Virus record (IMG/VR): IMGVR_UViG_3300023179_000086
Span: 9,400 to 73,399 of that record
Length of the DNA stretch: 64,000 bases
DNA from: a virus
Direction: 5' to 3' (one strand)
This document shows, in pieces, positions 29,945-40,476 of the stretch; the stretch's first letter is position 1; the number at the start of each line of letters is the position of its first letter. Under the pieces are notes generated by a model, which did not search any database, was not told the origin of the DNA, and was given only the letters and a program-made list of their open reading frames with translations. Both the position numbers and the translations under genes were made by a program.

Positions 29945-31051
29945 ATGAGTAAAGAACAATATAATTTAACAACGAAAGTAGATTACCTAAATCGTAGAAT
30001 GTTTTTGGATGGTGCAGTAACTGTACAACGTTTTGAAGAAGTTAAGTATCCTAAAATTGCAAAGTTTGAAGAAACTGCACGTGGATTTTTTTGGGTTCCC
30101 GAAGAAGTAACGTTGACTAAAGATAAAATTGATATGAAAGATGCTACTGAAGCAATCAAACACATATTTACTTCTAATTTACTTCGTCAAACTGCGCTTG
30201 ATAGCATACAAGGTCGTGCACCATCACAAGTTTTTATGCCTGTAGTAAGTTTACCTGAATTAGAAGCATTGGTTAATAATTGGTCATTCTTTGAAACTAA
30301 TATTCATAGTAAAAGCTATAGTCATATAATTCGCAATATTTATGGTGTACCCAAAGATGTATTCAATACCATTCATGATACTCAAGAAATTATAGATATG
30401 GCATCTAGTGTAGGAAAATATTATGATGACTTACATAGATTGAATTCACTTAAAGAAATCGCTGATCCTACTAAAGAAACAGTTTTAGAACCTGTACATA
30501 TTAAAGCAATTTGGTTAGCATTAAACGCAAGTTATGCATTAGAAGCATTTAGATTTATGGTGTCATTTGCGACAAGTTTAGCTATGGTCGAGAATAAAAT
30601 TTTTATTGGTAATGGTAATATTATTAGTTTGATATTGCAAGATGAATTGTTACATACTGAATGGACAGCATGGATTATTAATCAAGTTGTTAAAGATGAT
30701 CCAAGATTTGCAGTAGCGAAAACAGAATGTGAACTTGAAGTTTATATAATGTATCAAGATGTTATACGTGAAGAAAAAGCATGGGCGGATTATCTTTTTA
30801 AGAAAGGACCTGTTATTGGATTGAATGCTGATATTTTAAAAGAGTTTGTTGACTACACTGCTTTTTTAAAGTTAAAAGATATTGGTATTAAATATCAAGA
30901 CGGTCATCCTAAGAGCAACCCAATTCCTTGGTTTAATAAACACTTAAACGTAAACAAGAAACAGGCTGCTCTACAAGAAACAGAAAGCACAAGTTATGTT
31001 ATTGGTGTAATGAGTGACAATGTTGAAAAGGAATTACTGCCTGACTTATAA
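29945..31051 (+). CDS. nrdB: ribonucleotide reductase class Ia beta subunit
   Basis: FFWVPEEV, QTALDSIQGR, ETNIHSKSY, DELLH, ALQETE. Confidence 0.96.
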   Translation: MSKEQYNLTTKVDYLNRRMFLDGAVTVQRFEEVKYPKIAKFEETARGFFWVPEEVTLTKDKIDMKDATEAIKHIFTSNLLRQTALDSIQGRAPSQVFMPVVSLPELEALVNNWSFFETNIHSKSYSHIIRNIYGVPKDVFNTIHDTQEIIDMASSVGKYYDDLHRLNSLKEIADPTKETVLEPVHIKAIWLALNASYALEAFRFMVSFATSLAMVENKIFIGNGNIISLILQDELLHTEWTAWIINQVVKDDPRFAVAKTECELEVYIMYQDVIREEKAWADYLFKKGPVIGLNADILKEFVDYTAFLKLKDIGIKYQDGHPKSNPIPWFNKHLNVNKKQAALQETESTSYVIGVMSDNVEKELLPDL

Positions 31052-31058
31052 GGCATAT

Positions 31059-31457
31059 ATGGATTTAAAACTTGCTAAAAAAATAATTAATAGTATAAAG
31101 TGGAGTATGAACAGAAACAAAATAAGTCATAGACCTATTAAAAATATAACAATTACTCCACAGGATATAGTTGATATTTATAATAATCAAGATGGAAAAT
31201 GTTATTGGACTAAAGTTATTTTAGACGAGCAATTTAATTATATACCATATCATCCACTTGCAATTAGTGCAGATAGAGTAGATAATAAAAAAGCTTATGA
31301 AAAAGAAAATATTGTTTTGACAATGAGAATATTAAATTTAGGTAGACGTGAATTTCCTGAAAAAGAATTTCCCAAAGTTATAGAACAATTAATGGAAAGT
31401 TTTGCTATAGAATATAAAATAAAAAAGGATAAGAATGAAAGCAATCGTATGGAGTAA
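31059..31457 (+). CDS. HNH-like endonuclease
   Basis: QDGKCYWT..ISADRVDN..Y..ENI; start moved to ATG 31059. Confidence 0.65.
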   Translation: MDLKLAKKIINSIKWSMNRNKISHRPIKNITITPQDIVDIYNNQDGKCYWTKVILDEQFNYIPYHPLAISADRVDNKKAYEKENIVLTMRILNLGRREFPEKEFPKVIEQLMESFAIEYKIKKDKNESNRME

Positions 31458-31656
31458 GTATCATTGTACATTTTGTGAACAAGCCAAAGCGTTATTGTCA
31501 CAAAAAGGTATTGAATTTGAAGAGCGTAAAATTGGTGATGGTTGGACTAAAGAAGATTTATTAAGTGCAGTTCCAACCGCCCGATCAGTGCCTATTGTAT
31601 TCTTAGATGATGAATACATTGGTGGATTTGAACAACTTAAACAGAGGTTAATGTGA
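31435..31656 (+). CDS. glutaredoxin
   Basis: CTFC, RSVP, YIGGF. Confidence 0.92.
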   Translation: MKAIVWSKYHCTFCEQAKALLSQKGIEFEERKIGDGWTKEDLLSAVPTARSVPIVFLDDEYIGGFEQLKQRLM

Positions 31657-31961
31657 ATATTAAAATAAATGAGATTTATACATTTAAAATGAATAGTGGT
31701 GAAGAACTTGTCGCTAAAGTAGTGGAATTTGGTGAAAAAGACAATTACCTTATTATTAAAGATCCTGTGAGCATTGCTCCTGGGCCGCAGGGGATGGGTC
31801 TTATACCAAGTATGTTTACTGTTGACCATGACAAAAATATTATACTAAATACTAATAATGTAGTGTTACATGGCGTAACTGAAGATGCAATTAGGTCAAA
31901 ATACATTGAAGCAACTACAGGTATTGCCACACCAACACAAAAGAAAGTAATTTTAGGATAA
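31653..31961 (+). CDS. hypothetical phage protein (Sm-like fold possible)
   Basis: FKMNSGEELVAKV..YIEATTGI. Confidence 0.75.
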   Translation: MNIKINEIYTFKMNSGEELVAKVVEFGEKDNYLIIKDPVSIAPGPQGMGLIPSMFTVDHDKNIILNTNNVVLHGVTEDAIRSKYIEATTGIATPTQKKVILG

Positions 31962-31965
31962 TAAT

Positions 31966-32235
31966 ATGCCAGCATTAAGCAGAAAAGGTGACAAAAATCA
32001 AGAAGGTGGAGCGATTATTCGAGGTTCTGAGACTGTTTTCTGCAATGGTATACCTGTAGGGTTACACGTGAGTGATATTACTCCACATCCTACTGATGAA
32101 CGACATAAAAAAGCATTCACCACTTCTGCTAGTTCAACAGTAATATGTGAAGGATCTGCTGTACTTAAAGTAGGTAGTGGTAATAGTTGCGGTCATAGTA
32201 TTATACAAGGTTCTAGTAACGTTTTTGTACCATGA
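31966..32235 (+). CDS. PAAR spike-tip protein
   Basis: MPALSRKGD, GSETVFCNG, PH..H, CGH.IIQGSSNV. Confidence 0.9.
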   Translation: MPALSRKGDKNQEGGAIIRGSETVFCNGIPVGLHVSDITPHPTDERHKKAFTTSASSTVICEGSAVLKVGSGNSCGHSIIQGSSNVFVP

Positions 32236-34961
32236 GTTATACAGGTAAGTTTACACCATTACAACTTAATGTTTTAAGTGGTTTGTTAAATAATGAGGGT
32301 TTAAATATAAATCCTACAGTGAGTGGTTTTCAAGGTGTATACGATCCTACCACTATTAACGTTTATACCCCAGGCTCTTTAGTCTCATCAACTGTTTTAA
32401 AAGATTTAACAGCAGCTTTGCCATTATTATATAGTGTTGTTCAATATACCACATTTCGTGGGTTACTAAATATTGGAAGTACTACAATTCCTGCTTTAGG
32501 TAATAGTAGACCTGCTGACTTTATAAGAACTTATCCTGGTCCCTCTGATCCATTCCCTCCACAAGAACCATTAGTATATCCACAATATCCTAGTCCAACT
32601 TCGTCACCATGGAGTGCAACTGCTAATATAGATAATTACGCTTGGTTAACGGGTTGGACTAAAGATGATTATACATATGCAACTATTTTTAATCCTAACG
32701 CATATAGTGAGGCAGATAATTATTTTCAATATGGTTACATTGCTTGTCACGCTAGAGAAGCATATTATGAATTTTGGAATTTAAAAACAGAAGCAAGACC
32801 TAATCATTATTTAAGATTATGCAGAAGTATTGGTCAGCATAAAAGTTGGAGGGATATGACCAACCAAACAATTGCAAGTTTTAAAAATACAAAAGGATTT
32901 TTAGATGGTTCATACTCAAATATAAATGATTTAACAACATCTGATTTAGCAGGAGTTAGCTTAGCTTTTAAAGCATTTGGTAATGATTTAATTGCCTTAG
33001 GTAATACTATAAATTTAGCTGATATTGAATATTTTGGGCAAGCAGATAAGTTACTATTACAACTTCAAGCTACTAATGCAATTACAAACTCATTGAAATT
33101 AGCTCTATTAACACAAGGATTGTCAACGGAAGAAATTAATAATATATTAATTAGTAAAATTCCAGCAACCTTTACACAAATGAAACAAATTTATGATGCT
33201 TTTTTACTAATTCAGAATACAGATTTAGATGAAATTAAAATAATTACTAATTGTCAAACTAAAAATTTGACATCACTAGCTGATTTATTAAATGTTAAAA
33301 AAATGTTTCCAAATTCTTATGGTAGTATAACAGTACCAAGATGGAGTTTAGACACAATTTCAGTTAAAATTTATGATTTTATTTATGTTGATGGTGGTGT
33401 TAATACACGAATTATTGATCATAGTGAATATTTAGGTGGTTCATTACCGCCTGAAATTGCAATTCCCGCTGCATCATTTGCTTATACATTACAACAAATA
33501 AGATATTTAAAGCAAATGAATTTTGAAAGATTTGCTCAATCTGTATCACAACTTGAAATAACAAATCGAAATTTACCTTTAATTAATAATAATGAAGGAG
33601 TACCTGGATCAAAGATTGCAGCAGACGATGCACTTTATTTGACTGCTTTAGGTAGCGGAAATAGTGGTACTTATACCATGATTGATTTTATTGGTAGTAT
33701 TAGTGGTGATCAATATAATGTATTATATGCTAATATTATTCCATTAATTAGAGAATTACAAACATCACTTTTATTTCAGATTTACAAAAACATTTATGAT
33801 ATGGCGATAAGTACGTTTAATTATGGATTAATATTCAATCGTACAACAAGAAATGATCTACCATTTCCTAATCCTCCATATCCTCCTCAACCCGCAGGAT
33901 CAACATCATTAGAAATGTCATCAGTTTTGGGGTTAGTTAAAAATCAATATGTATATGGTGTTGGTATTATTACCGACACAAGAATTACTAATATTAGTGG
34001 CAACATTATTAGTTTAAGTAATGCTACAACTGCTCCTTTATCATCAAATACAAGTTTACAGTTTAGAAATGAACCAGGTATTATCTACGAAACTAATCGA
34101 GCTAATGTTGAAATTACAAACATTACAACTTATGCGGGTGATCGAATGCAATTGTTAAATTTTTTGTGGAATTCTATAGGAAACTTATTAAGTTTACAGC
34201 AGCGTGCCATTGTTTTTAGTGCACCAAGCCCACAACAAATTACTCAAGGAACAAACCGAAGTGACTTTTATGAATTTGTTAGATCTTTACCAAATTGGGC
34301 TACAGAAACTGAGTACAAAGAAATCGCTAGATCAATTGAAAACATTGCCAATTTAAATACGTTAGCAGGACAAAGTATAGTTGGTGTTATGCGTGAAGCA
34401 CGAAATGCATCAAGACTTTCTCAAGTTGGGGGTGTTTTATATAACGATGTAGATGATTTTCTAGTAACGCAAACGGCTAGTGCTAAAGCTGTAGTTACAG
34501 ACGGTAAAGTAACAAGTGTTTCTCTAATTAATAACGGAAGCGGATATGATATTACGAACCCACCAAAAATATATATTAATGGAATATTACCACCAAATGG
34601 TATAGCTCCAATTCTAGAACCTGTATTGACCGAAATTGGTTTGCCATTAAACAATCCATCTATTTCAGGTAGTGGTGGTTTGCAAAATCCTGCTGCAACA
34701 ATAACAGCTATAAACATAGTGAACCCAGGATCAAATCTTCCTAATACAAATCCCGATGGTAGTGGGGGTATTGACATTGTTATTCAAAACCCTCCCGAAC
34801 CTACCAAAGAAGGATTTCCCACCACTCCAGGCGTTATTCCCAATTATGATGTGATAAATACTATACCACCTGAATTAGTTAGTCCACCATCTTCAAGTTA
34901 TACTGTTGAGGAGGCAATAGAAGATGTGACTATATGTAACTGTGAATGTTGGCTTGTTTGA
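32232..34961 (+). CDS. probable baseplate or tail structural protein
   Basis: 909 aa after PAAR; NNGSGY..PP and NPGS motifs. Confidence 0.7.
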   Translation: MSYTGKFTPLQLNVLSGLLNNEGLNINPTVSGFQGVYDPTTINVYTPGSLVSSTVLKDLTAALPLLYSVVQYTTFRGLLNIGSTTIPALGNSRPADFIRTYPGPSDPFPPQEPLVYPQYPSPTSSPWSATANIDNYAWLTGWTKDDYTYATIFNPNAYSEADNYFQYGYIACHAREAYYEFWNLKTEARPNHYLRLCRSIGQHKSWRDMTNQTIASFKNTKGFLDGSYSNINDLTTSDLAGVSLAFKAFGNDLIALGNTINLADIEYFGQADKLLLQLQATNAITNSLKLALLTQGLSTEEINNILISKIPATFTQMKQIYDAFLLIQNTDLDEIKIITNCQTKNLTSLADLLNVKKMFPNSYGSITVPRWSLDTISVKIYDFIYVDGGVNTRIIDHSEYLGGSLPPEIAIPAASFAYTLQQIRYLKQMNFERFAQSVSQLEITNRNLPLINNNEGVPGSKIAADDALYLTALGSGNSGTYTMIDFIGSISGDQYNVLYANIIPLIRELQTSLLFQIYKNIYDMAISTFNYGLIFNRTTRNDLPFPNPPYPPQPAGSTSLEMSSVLGLVKNQYVYGVGIITDTRITNISGNIISLSNATTAPLSSNTSLQFRNEPGIIYETNRANVEITNITTYAGDRMQLLNFLWNSIGNLLSLQQRAIVFSAPSPQQITQGTNRSDFYEFVRSLPNWATETEYKEIARSIENIANLNTLAGQSIVGVMREARNASRLSQVGGVLYNDVDDFLVTQTASAKAVVTDGKVTSVSLINNGSGYDITNPPKIYINGILPPNGIAPILEPVLTEIGLPLNNPSISGSGGLQNPAATITAINIVNPGSNLPNTNPDGSGGIDIVIQNPPEPTKEGFPTTPGVIPNYDVINTIPPELVSPPSSSYTVEEAIEDVTICNCECWLV

Positions 34962-35022
34962 CATTTATGTTATAATCATAGAAAATCTATAGTAAGATTT
35001 TCAGTAAGAAAGGAGTTAATAA

Positions 35023-35670
35023 ATGCTTATATTAAGCAATATAAGACTAATTTCCTTATTGATACCGTTGGCACTAGCTTTACAGTTGTATCAACCGAAA
35101 TTATTCAATAGTAAAATTGGAAATGATTCGTTAGAGTATGTTGCAGAAGAAATTTCTACTAGCGTAAAAGAAGTGTCTAACGTCGTTAAAAATAATCCCA
35201 TAATAAAAACTATCACACAAGATCAAATACGTTGTTTAGCTACCAATATATATTATGAGGCAGGCAATGAACCTTATCAGGGTAAGGTGGCTGTTGCACG
35301 TGTTGTTATTAATCGTGTATTACATGGTTATGGTAGCACACCATGTAATGTAGTTTATGCTCAACATAATATACCTGATCCTAAGCAACCTGCAATCTAT
35401 AAAAAATTGTGTCAATTTAGTTGGGTATGTCAGGGTAAAGTTACACCTAACATTAATAGCAATTCATATAAAAAAGCAGAAGAAATTGCTCGTAAAGTAT
35501 TAATTGAAAACTATGGACATGATTTACTTCCAAATAATGTTCTTTATTTTCATGCAACTTACGTTAATCCACAATGGACTTACCGTAAGTTAAAACGTAT
35601 TGGCAATCATATTTTTTATACTAAAGGTAAAGAAAAACCAACTGAAATTAACGATACTAAGGAAATATAA
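35023..35670 (+). CDS. SleB-like cell wall hydrolase (Hydrolase_2)
   Basis: CLATNIYYEAGNE..GKVAVA.V.INR, CQFSW, YFHATYV.P.W, IGNHIFY. Confidence 0.92.
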   Translation: MLILSNIRLISLLIPLALALQLYQPKLFNSKIGNDSLEYVAEEISTSVKEVSNVVKNNPIIKTITQDQIRCLATNIYYEAGNEPYQGKVAVARVVINRVLHGYGSTPCNVVYAQHNIPDPKQPAIYKKLCQFSWVCQGKVTPNINSNSYKKAEEIARKVLIENYGHDLLPNNVLYFHATYVNPQWTYRKLKRIGNHIFYTKGKEKPTEINDTKEI

Positions 35671-35671
35671 T

Positions 35672-35902
35672 ATGAAAGATTATAATAAAAACTTCCTTAT
35701 AGGACTATTAGGTTTAACTTTTTTTGTTTTGATATTAATTGGTTCACCGTTGGCACTAATTTGGGCATGGAACACATTATTTTTTAAATTACATTTTATT
35801 GAATTTTCATTTGAAAATTGGGTAGCAGTATCTATTTTTATGTGGGCTTTTGGTTTGTTAAAACTTGACTTTACAAATTTAAATAATAAAAATGGACATT
35901 AA
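35672..35902 (+). CDS. small two-helix membrane protein
   Basis: AAGGA RBS before ATG 35672; PLALIWAWNTLF. Confidence 0.75.
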   Translation: MKDYNKNFLIGLLGLTFFVLILIGSPLALIWAWNTLFFKLHFIEFSFENWVAVSIFMWAFGLLKLDFTNLNNKNGH

Positions 35903-36287
35903 AAATAAACCTAATCTAGAATTTGACATTATACGCACACCTTGGATGGTTGAAAAAATACAAAACAGCAAGGTGTATGCCCAAAATTTGTACGCAGCAA
36001 TATGTAATAATCGTTTTTTTAAATTAGATGATTCTTTTGCCATCATTAAAGATGAACAAAATTGGTCAGCATCTTGGAGATATGCAGGACAAATTGTTTC
36101 AAACTTAAGGATAGGAGAAGATTACCTTGATTATTATTGCAGTGGTATACATTGGCTAGATAATCATTCTAATATTTCATCTGCCTATACTACAGCAGTT
36201 AGTGGATTTGTTGAAGAAAGTATGGTAACCGATGAAATAAGAGATGATTTATTAAAATTAGGATGGATGGTAAAATCATATGATTAA
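35892..36287 (+). CDS. hypothetical phage protein
   Basis: YAQNLYAAICNN, WSASWR, YLDYYCSG. Confidence 0.8.
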   Translation: MDIKNKPNLEFDIIRTPWMVEKIQNSKVYAQNLYAAICNNRFFKLDDSFAIIKDEQNWSASWRYAGQIVSNLRIGEDYLDYYCSGIHWLDNHSNISSAYTTAVSGFVEESMVTDEIRDDLLKLGWMVKSYD

Positions 36288-37192
36288 AATAAATCATTAT
36301 AGTTTGTTGTACTTCCAATAATATTTCCAATTATATTTCCCCAAGATATTGAATTTTTAGTTTCGGGTAAAATATAAGATATAATTTTGTGTTTTTCATG
36401 ATTAAATATATAACTTGGCAAATTATCCCACCCATAACTTCTTGTTCTTAATTCAAATTTACCTAATCCTAAACTATTATAAATTTTTTGTTTCAGTACA
36501 GGAACTAGTGCATGCCCATTAAAATTATTAAAAAAATTATCTTTATGTGCATTTAAAAGTATAGAAACACTGTCTATACTATTACCTAACATGTTTCCAA
36601 TCCCATTTATACTCTTTTCTTTCATATATAAATCATAACATTGATAATCATATTTAAATGGACTTAATAAAGGTTTAGTAATCCAAGGCCATGGATAATC
36701 TCCTCCCAATATTGGATATGTATGACACTTTTCTATTAACCAAAAATGACTAGCCACATGAAATTGGTTAATTTTATATATTTTTAAATAATTTAGATAT
36801 TGAAAATTATTAAAAAACTTTTCAATATCTAAATCAAAAAAATATTGTTTTAAATGGTTTTCCCTACAAAATTTTTCACTATAATACAAATCAACTATAT
36901 TAATAGGATATCCATTTTTTATTAAACGAAGTGTAATTACACTAGTTGGTATTTTTTGTGTAATTAAAAACTTTAACACTAGTTCACTATCAAGTCCTCC
37001 ACTATATAATAATTCACAAGTTCCTCTATAGTCGCCTAAGTTTTTGTAAAATGCTTCAGTAATATTTTTAGATGTTATTTCTTGATCACGGATCTCGCAA
37101 TGATAAGTTGCTGAATGAGTTGAGTTATAGTAATTGTGTGTATGTTTACAAAATTCTCCAATACCACTAAACCAAATATTATTAGTATCCAT
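36284..37192 (-). CDS. asparagine-synthetase-like ATP pyrophosphatase
   Basis: PP-loop LLYSGGLDSE; start moved to MDTNNIW to avoid overlap. Confidence 0.75.
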   Translation of the reverse strand: MDTNNIWFSGIGEFCKHTHNYYNSTHSATYHCEIRDQEITSKNITEAFYKNLGDYRGTCELLYSGGLDSELVLKFLITQKIPTSVITLRLIKNGYPINIVDLYYSEKFCRENHLKQYFFDLDIEKFFNNFQYLNYLKIYKINQFHVASHFWLIEKCHTYPILGGDYPWPWITKPLLSPFKYDYQCYDLYMKEKSINGIGNMLGNSIDSVSILLNAHKDNFFNNFNGHALVPVLKQKIYNSLGLGKFELRTRSYGWDNLPSYIFNHEKHKIISYILPETKNSISWGNIIGNIIGSTTNYNDLF

Positions 37193-37211
37193 AAAATTAA
37201 TAAATATCTTA

Positions 37212-37823
37212 ATGATTATATTTACTCCAATTAATTTGCCTATAGTAAAACCTGATAGTTGGGATATATTTTGGAATATTTGGAATAAACACAGTCGAAT
37301 ATTAGTTAAAGAAAAAATTAATACTAAAACTACCCCTGCATTAGTAGGAACTAAAAATGTTTGGATTGGTTTAGATATTTTTAAAAAATTTGACATTCCT
37401 TTAGTATATTCAGCACCTTATTTTGATATAAAAGATTCTTTACCAAACCTATTTGAGTCATTAAATAATTTATGCACTAATTTACATACTATAAGATTAG
37501 TTCAAAGTATTACGGATTTTGTGGCACATACGGATGATGACTTAGATAAATGGAGTTTAAGAGCTTTTTTTCATGGGGAAAATGTTTCAGAACAATGGTA
37601 CTTTACAAAACCATACGATAGAAATGGGCAAAGATATTATATTGAAATGCCAAACGACACTAATTGGTTTATGTATAATGACAAATATTGTTGGCATGGG
37701 ACAGATTTTGATTCTACCCGAAAAAAAATAATACTTCAAGTATTTTGTTTTGGATCACCTAATGTTGATTATTTGACTTCAAGCATAGAAAAATATAAAT
37801 TATATACTATAAAATTTTTATGA
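37212..37823 (+). CDS. 2OG-Fe(II) oxygenase-like protein
   Basis: AHTD..WHG..RK iron-triad pattern; start moved to ATG 37212. Confidence 0.65.
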   Translation: MIIFTPINLPIVKPDSWDIFWNIWNKHSRILVKEKINTKTTPALVGTKNVWIGLDIFKKFDIPLVYSAPYFDIKDSLPNLFESLNNLCTNLHTIRLVQSITDFVAHTDDDLDKWSLRAFFHGENVSEQWYFTKPYDRNGQRYYIEMPNDTNWFMYNDKYCWHGTDFDSTRKKIILQVFCFGSPNVDYLTSSIEKYKLYTIKFL

Positions 37824-38578
37824 TTGTTGGATCTACTTCTACAAATATAGCTATTATTACAACATGCTCCGCAGTATTGTCAATATTAGGTTTTTTCCAC
37901 TTTAATTTTACTATTAGTAATTGTTTAATTTTTATTTTAAGTTTTTACGTTTTAAATATTTTAGGTAATTGGTTAATGTTACATCGTTACTATTCTCATA
38001 AATCTTTTGAATTTAAATACGATTTTATAAGAATAATTTTAACATTTTTCACTATTTTAAGTGCAAGAGGAAGTCCTATAGGTTGGGCATATATTCATAG
38101 GAAACACCATAGATTTAGTGATACAGAAAAAGATCCTCATAGTCCCCTACATTTAGGATTAAAATTGTTTGGTTTTCAACATTATAAAAGTATGGAATCA
38201 CAAAACATGGAACTATTTTTAGTTAAAGATTTAATGAATAAAGAACAAATTTTTATACATAAGTATTATGTATTGTTATTATTATTTTGTATTATACCTA
38301 TTAGCCTTTATAGTGTGGAATTATTTTATTTTTTATGGATACTACCAATTACCATTGTTCATTTAAGTCAAAATTTGTTTAATTATTTTGGACATACGTA
38401 TGGTTATAAAAATCATATTACTAACGATAATAGTAAAAACAATTTGTGGTTGTTTCCTTTACTATTAGGTGAAGCTTGGCATAATAATCACCATTATAAT
38501 CCAAAATTAAATACAACAAAATTTTTAAAATATGAGTTTGATCCATTAAATATTTTTATACGGTTAGTAAAAAAATGA
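37820..38578 (+). CDS. membrane fatty-acid desaturase (delta-9/OLE1-like) 1
   Basis: His boxes HRYYSH, HRKHH, HNNHH; DPHSP. Confidence 0.93.
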   Translation: MIVGSTSTNIAIITTCSAVLSILGFFHFNFTISNCLIFILSFYVLNILGNWLMLHRYYSHKSFEFKYDFIRIILTFFTILSARGSPIGWAYIHRKHHRFSDTEKDPHSPLHLGLKLFGFQHYKSMESQNMELFLVKDLMNKEQIFIHKYYVLLLLFCIIPISLYSVELFYFLWILPITIVHLSQNLFNYFGHTYGYKNHITNDNSKNNLWLFPLLLGEAWHNNHHYNPKLNTTKFLKYEFDPLNIFIRLVKK

Positions 38579-39090
38579 AAGAGTCTGATTTTTTTATAAA
38601 ATTAAATACAATGTCTAATATTACTGAAAATATTTTAAAAATAGTAAAATCATCTGATAATTCAATGTGGAAAGAATTATTTGGACTAACTATTTTTACT
38701 TTAGATATAGATCATTTTAAAAATGATAAAGAAATCTTTCAAGCTATTCAACATTTAGATTGTAAAACTAGGTTAAGCATTTTTAGAACTAATCCAAATA
38801 CTTGTTATGATTGGCATTTTGATAAAATAAGACATTCAGCTATAAACATGTTAATTGATGGATTTGATAGTTTTTGTGCATTTGGAGAATATTCTCTAGG
38901 AAATACGTATAAAAATATTTATAAATTACAATATGAACCAAATTATTACTATTTAATTAATGTAAAAAAAACACATTGTGTTTTTAATTTTTCCAATAAT
39001 ATGAGATATATTTTAAGTATTGGGATCCCAAATACAACTTATGAGGATTCAGTAAATTATTTTGTTGAAAAAAAACTAATTACTTTATGA
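38575..39090 (+). CDS. 2OG-Fe(II) oxygenase-like protein
   Basis: WHFD..THCVFN..RYILS. Confidence 0.7.
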   Translation: MKESDFFIKLNTMSNITENILKIVKSSDNSMWKELFGLTIFTLDIDHFKNDKEIFQAIQHLDCKTRLSIFRTNPNTCYDWHFDKIRHSAINMLIDGFDSFCAFGEYSLGNTYKNIYKLQYEPNYYYLINVKKTHCVFNFSNNMRYILSIGIPNTTYEDSVNYFVEKKLITL

Positions 39091-39671
39091 AAACTAGACA
39101 ATTATTAGGACCTGAAGACTTTGACAAGTTTAAATTATTATTAACATGTCATAAGAAAATTGGCGGCACACAAGCATTAAATATAGAAAGTTATGAATTA
39201 ATATATAGTAAATATTTTGACTTTAATGAAAACTATAAAATTTTTGGTTATTTTGAAAATAATATTTTAATTAGTTCAATAAGTTTAGCCTATAGAAATA
39301 ACAACACTAGGGGACGATATTGGATGATCTCAGGCTTATTTACTACTAAAAAATATAATATATTCTCTTTTAACAATCCTGAAATTGGATTATTAATTAA
39401 AAAAGCATTTGATATTGCGGAAGAAAATGCATACTATGAATACTATTATTGTATATCTGCACAAGTATCACGTGTATACGAAAGACAAATTGACAAAAAT
39501 AATTATATACCATTACAAAGATATGATAGAATTTCTCTAGATATTGTCCCAAAAAATACTGTACCATCTATAGACCTCTATTTTAAATTAATGGGCGGTA
39601 AAACAAAACCTCATGATATTATAATTAAAAAAAGAGTTTTACAAGAACAATTTCGTAAAAAAATTATTTAA
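39087..39671 (+). CDS. GNAT-like protein
   Basis: RQL..EDF, IFGYFENNILIS; similar to 43981..44604; fold tentative. Confidence 0.55.
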   Translation: MKTRQLLGPEDFDKFKLLLTCHKKIGGTQALNIESYELIYSKYFDFNENYKIFGYFENNILISSISLAYRNNNTRGRYWMISGLFTTKKYNIFSFNNPEIGLLIKKAFDIAEENAYYEYYYCISAQVSRVYERQIDKNNYIPLQRYDRISLDIVPKNTVPSIDLYFKLMGGKTKPHDIIIKKRVLQEQFRKKII

Positions 39672-39693
39672 TTTAGTAACAATAAATATTAAT

Positions 39694-40470
39694 ATGAAAA
39701 ACTTTTTTGCAAGCAGCACATTGGGTGCACAGATTTTTTTTGTAATTTCTTTAGTAAGTATTTTTTTTGCTACAATACTTTATGGATTTACAATAAAAGA
39801 ACTAGGATTAATAATCTTGGGTTATTTTTTGTATGGCTGTTTAGGAGTGGTAATTACCTTTCATCGATATCTAACTCATAATAGTTTTAAGACACATTCA
39901 TTTATTGTTAAATTATTTTCTATTTTAGGGTGTTTTTCGGGTACAGGAAGTCCTTTAGCGTGGGTGGCAATACATATAAATCATCATCTTAAAAGTGATA
40001 AACCTGATGACCCACATAGCCCATATTATAGGGGATTTAAAATTTTCACTTTGGATTATGTTGATAATGTTAACATAGATACAAAATGGCGTATGCGCTC
40101 TCTAGTAAAAGATAAATTTCAACAGTTTTTACATCGTTATTATTTTTTAATAAATTTAATTTATAGTATAGTATTGTTTATGTTGGGTGGGATGTACCTA
40201 GTTATATTTTTTCATTGGGCACCTGCAGCACTCACAGCAATTATGAGTAATGTAGTTAATTATTTCGGACACAAACCCAATTGGCTTGGGAGTTTTAGAA
40301 CATATAATATTAATGATCAAAGCGTAAATAGTTGGTTGTGGGCTATACCAAGTTGGGGAGAAGCATGGCATAATAATCATCATCGATTTCCTAAACGTAG
40401 TTATTTTGGAGAAAAATGGTATCAAGTAGATATATCAGGATTTTTAATTAAACTTATATCAATAAAATAA
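39694..40470 (+). CDS. membrane fatty-acid desaturase 2
   Basis: HRYLTH, HINHH, GEAWHNNHH. Confidence 0.93.
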   Translation: MKNFFASSTLGAQIFFVISLVSIFFATILYGFTIKELGLIILGYFLYGCLGVVITFHRYLTHNSFKTHSFIVKLFSILGCFSGTGSPLAWVAIHINHHLKSDKPDDPHSPYYRGFKIFTLDYVDNVNIDTKWRMRSLVKDKFQQFLHRYYFLINLIYSIVLFMLGGMYLVIFFHWAPAALTAIMSNVVNYFGHKPNWLGSFRTYNINDQSVNSWLWAIPSWGEAWHNNHHRFPKRSYFGEKWYQVDISGFLIKLISIK

Positions 40471-40476
40471 ACTTTT

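Noticed and set aside
26760-31051. Introns or inteins in nrdA, nrdB or the helicases
   Set aside because: Lengths are typical and motifs are contiguous.
37193-37396. N-terminal extension of the 370-aa minus-strand ORF
   Set aside because: Overlaps the divergent gene antisense; ATG 37192 gives about 302 aa, matching the paralog at 41270.
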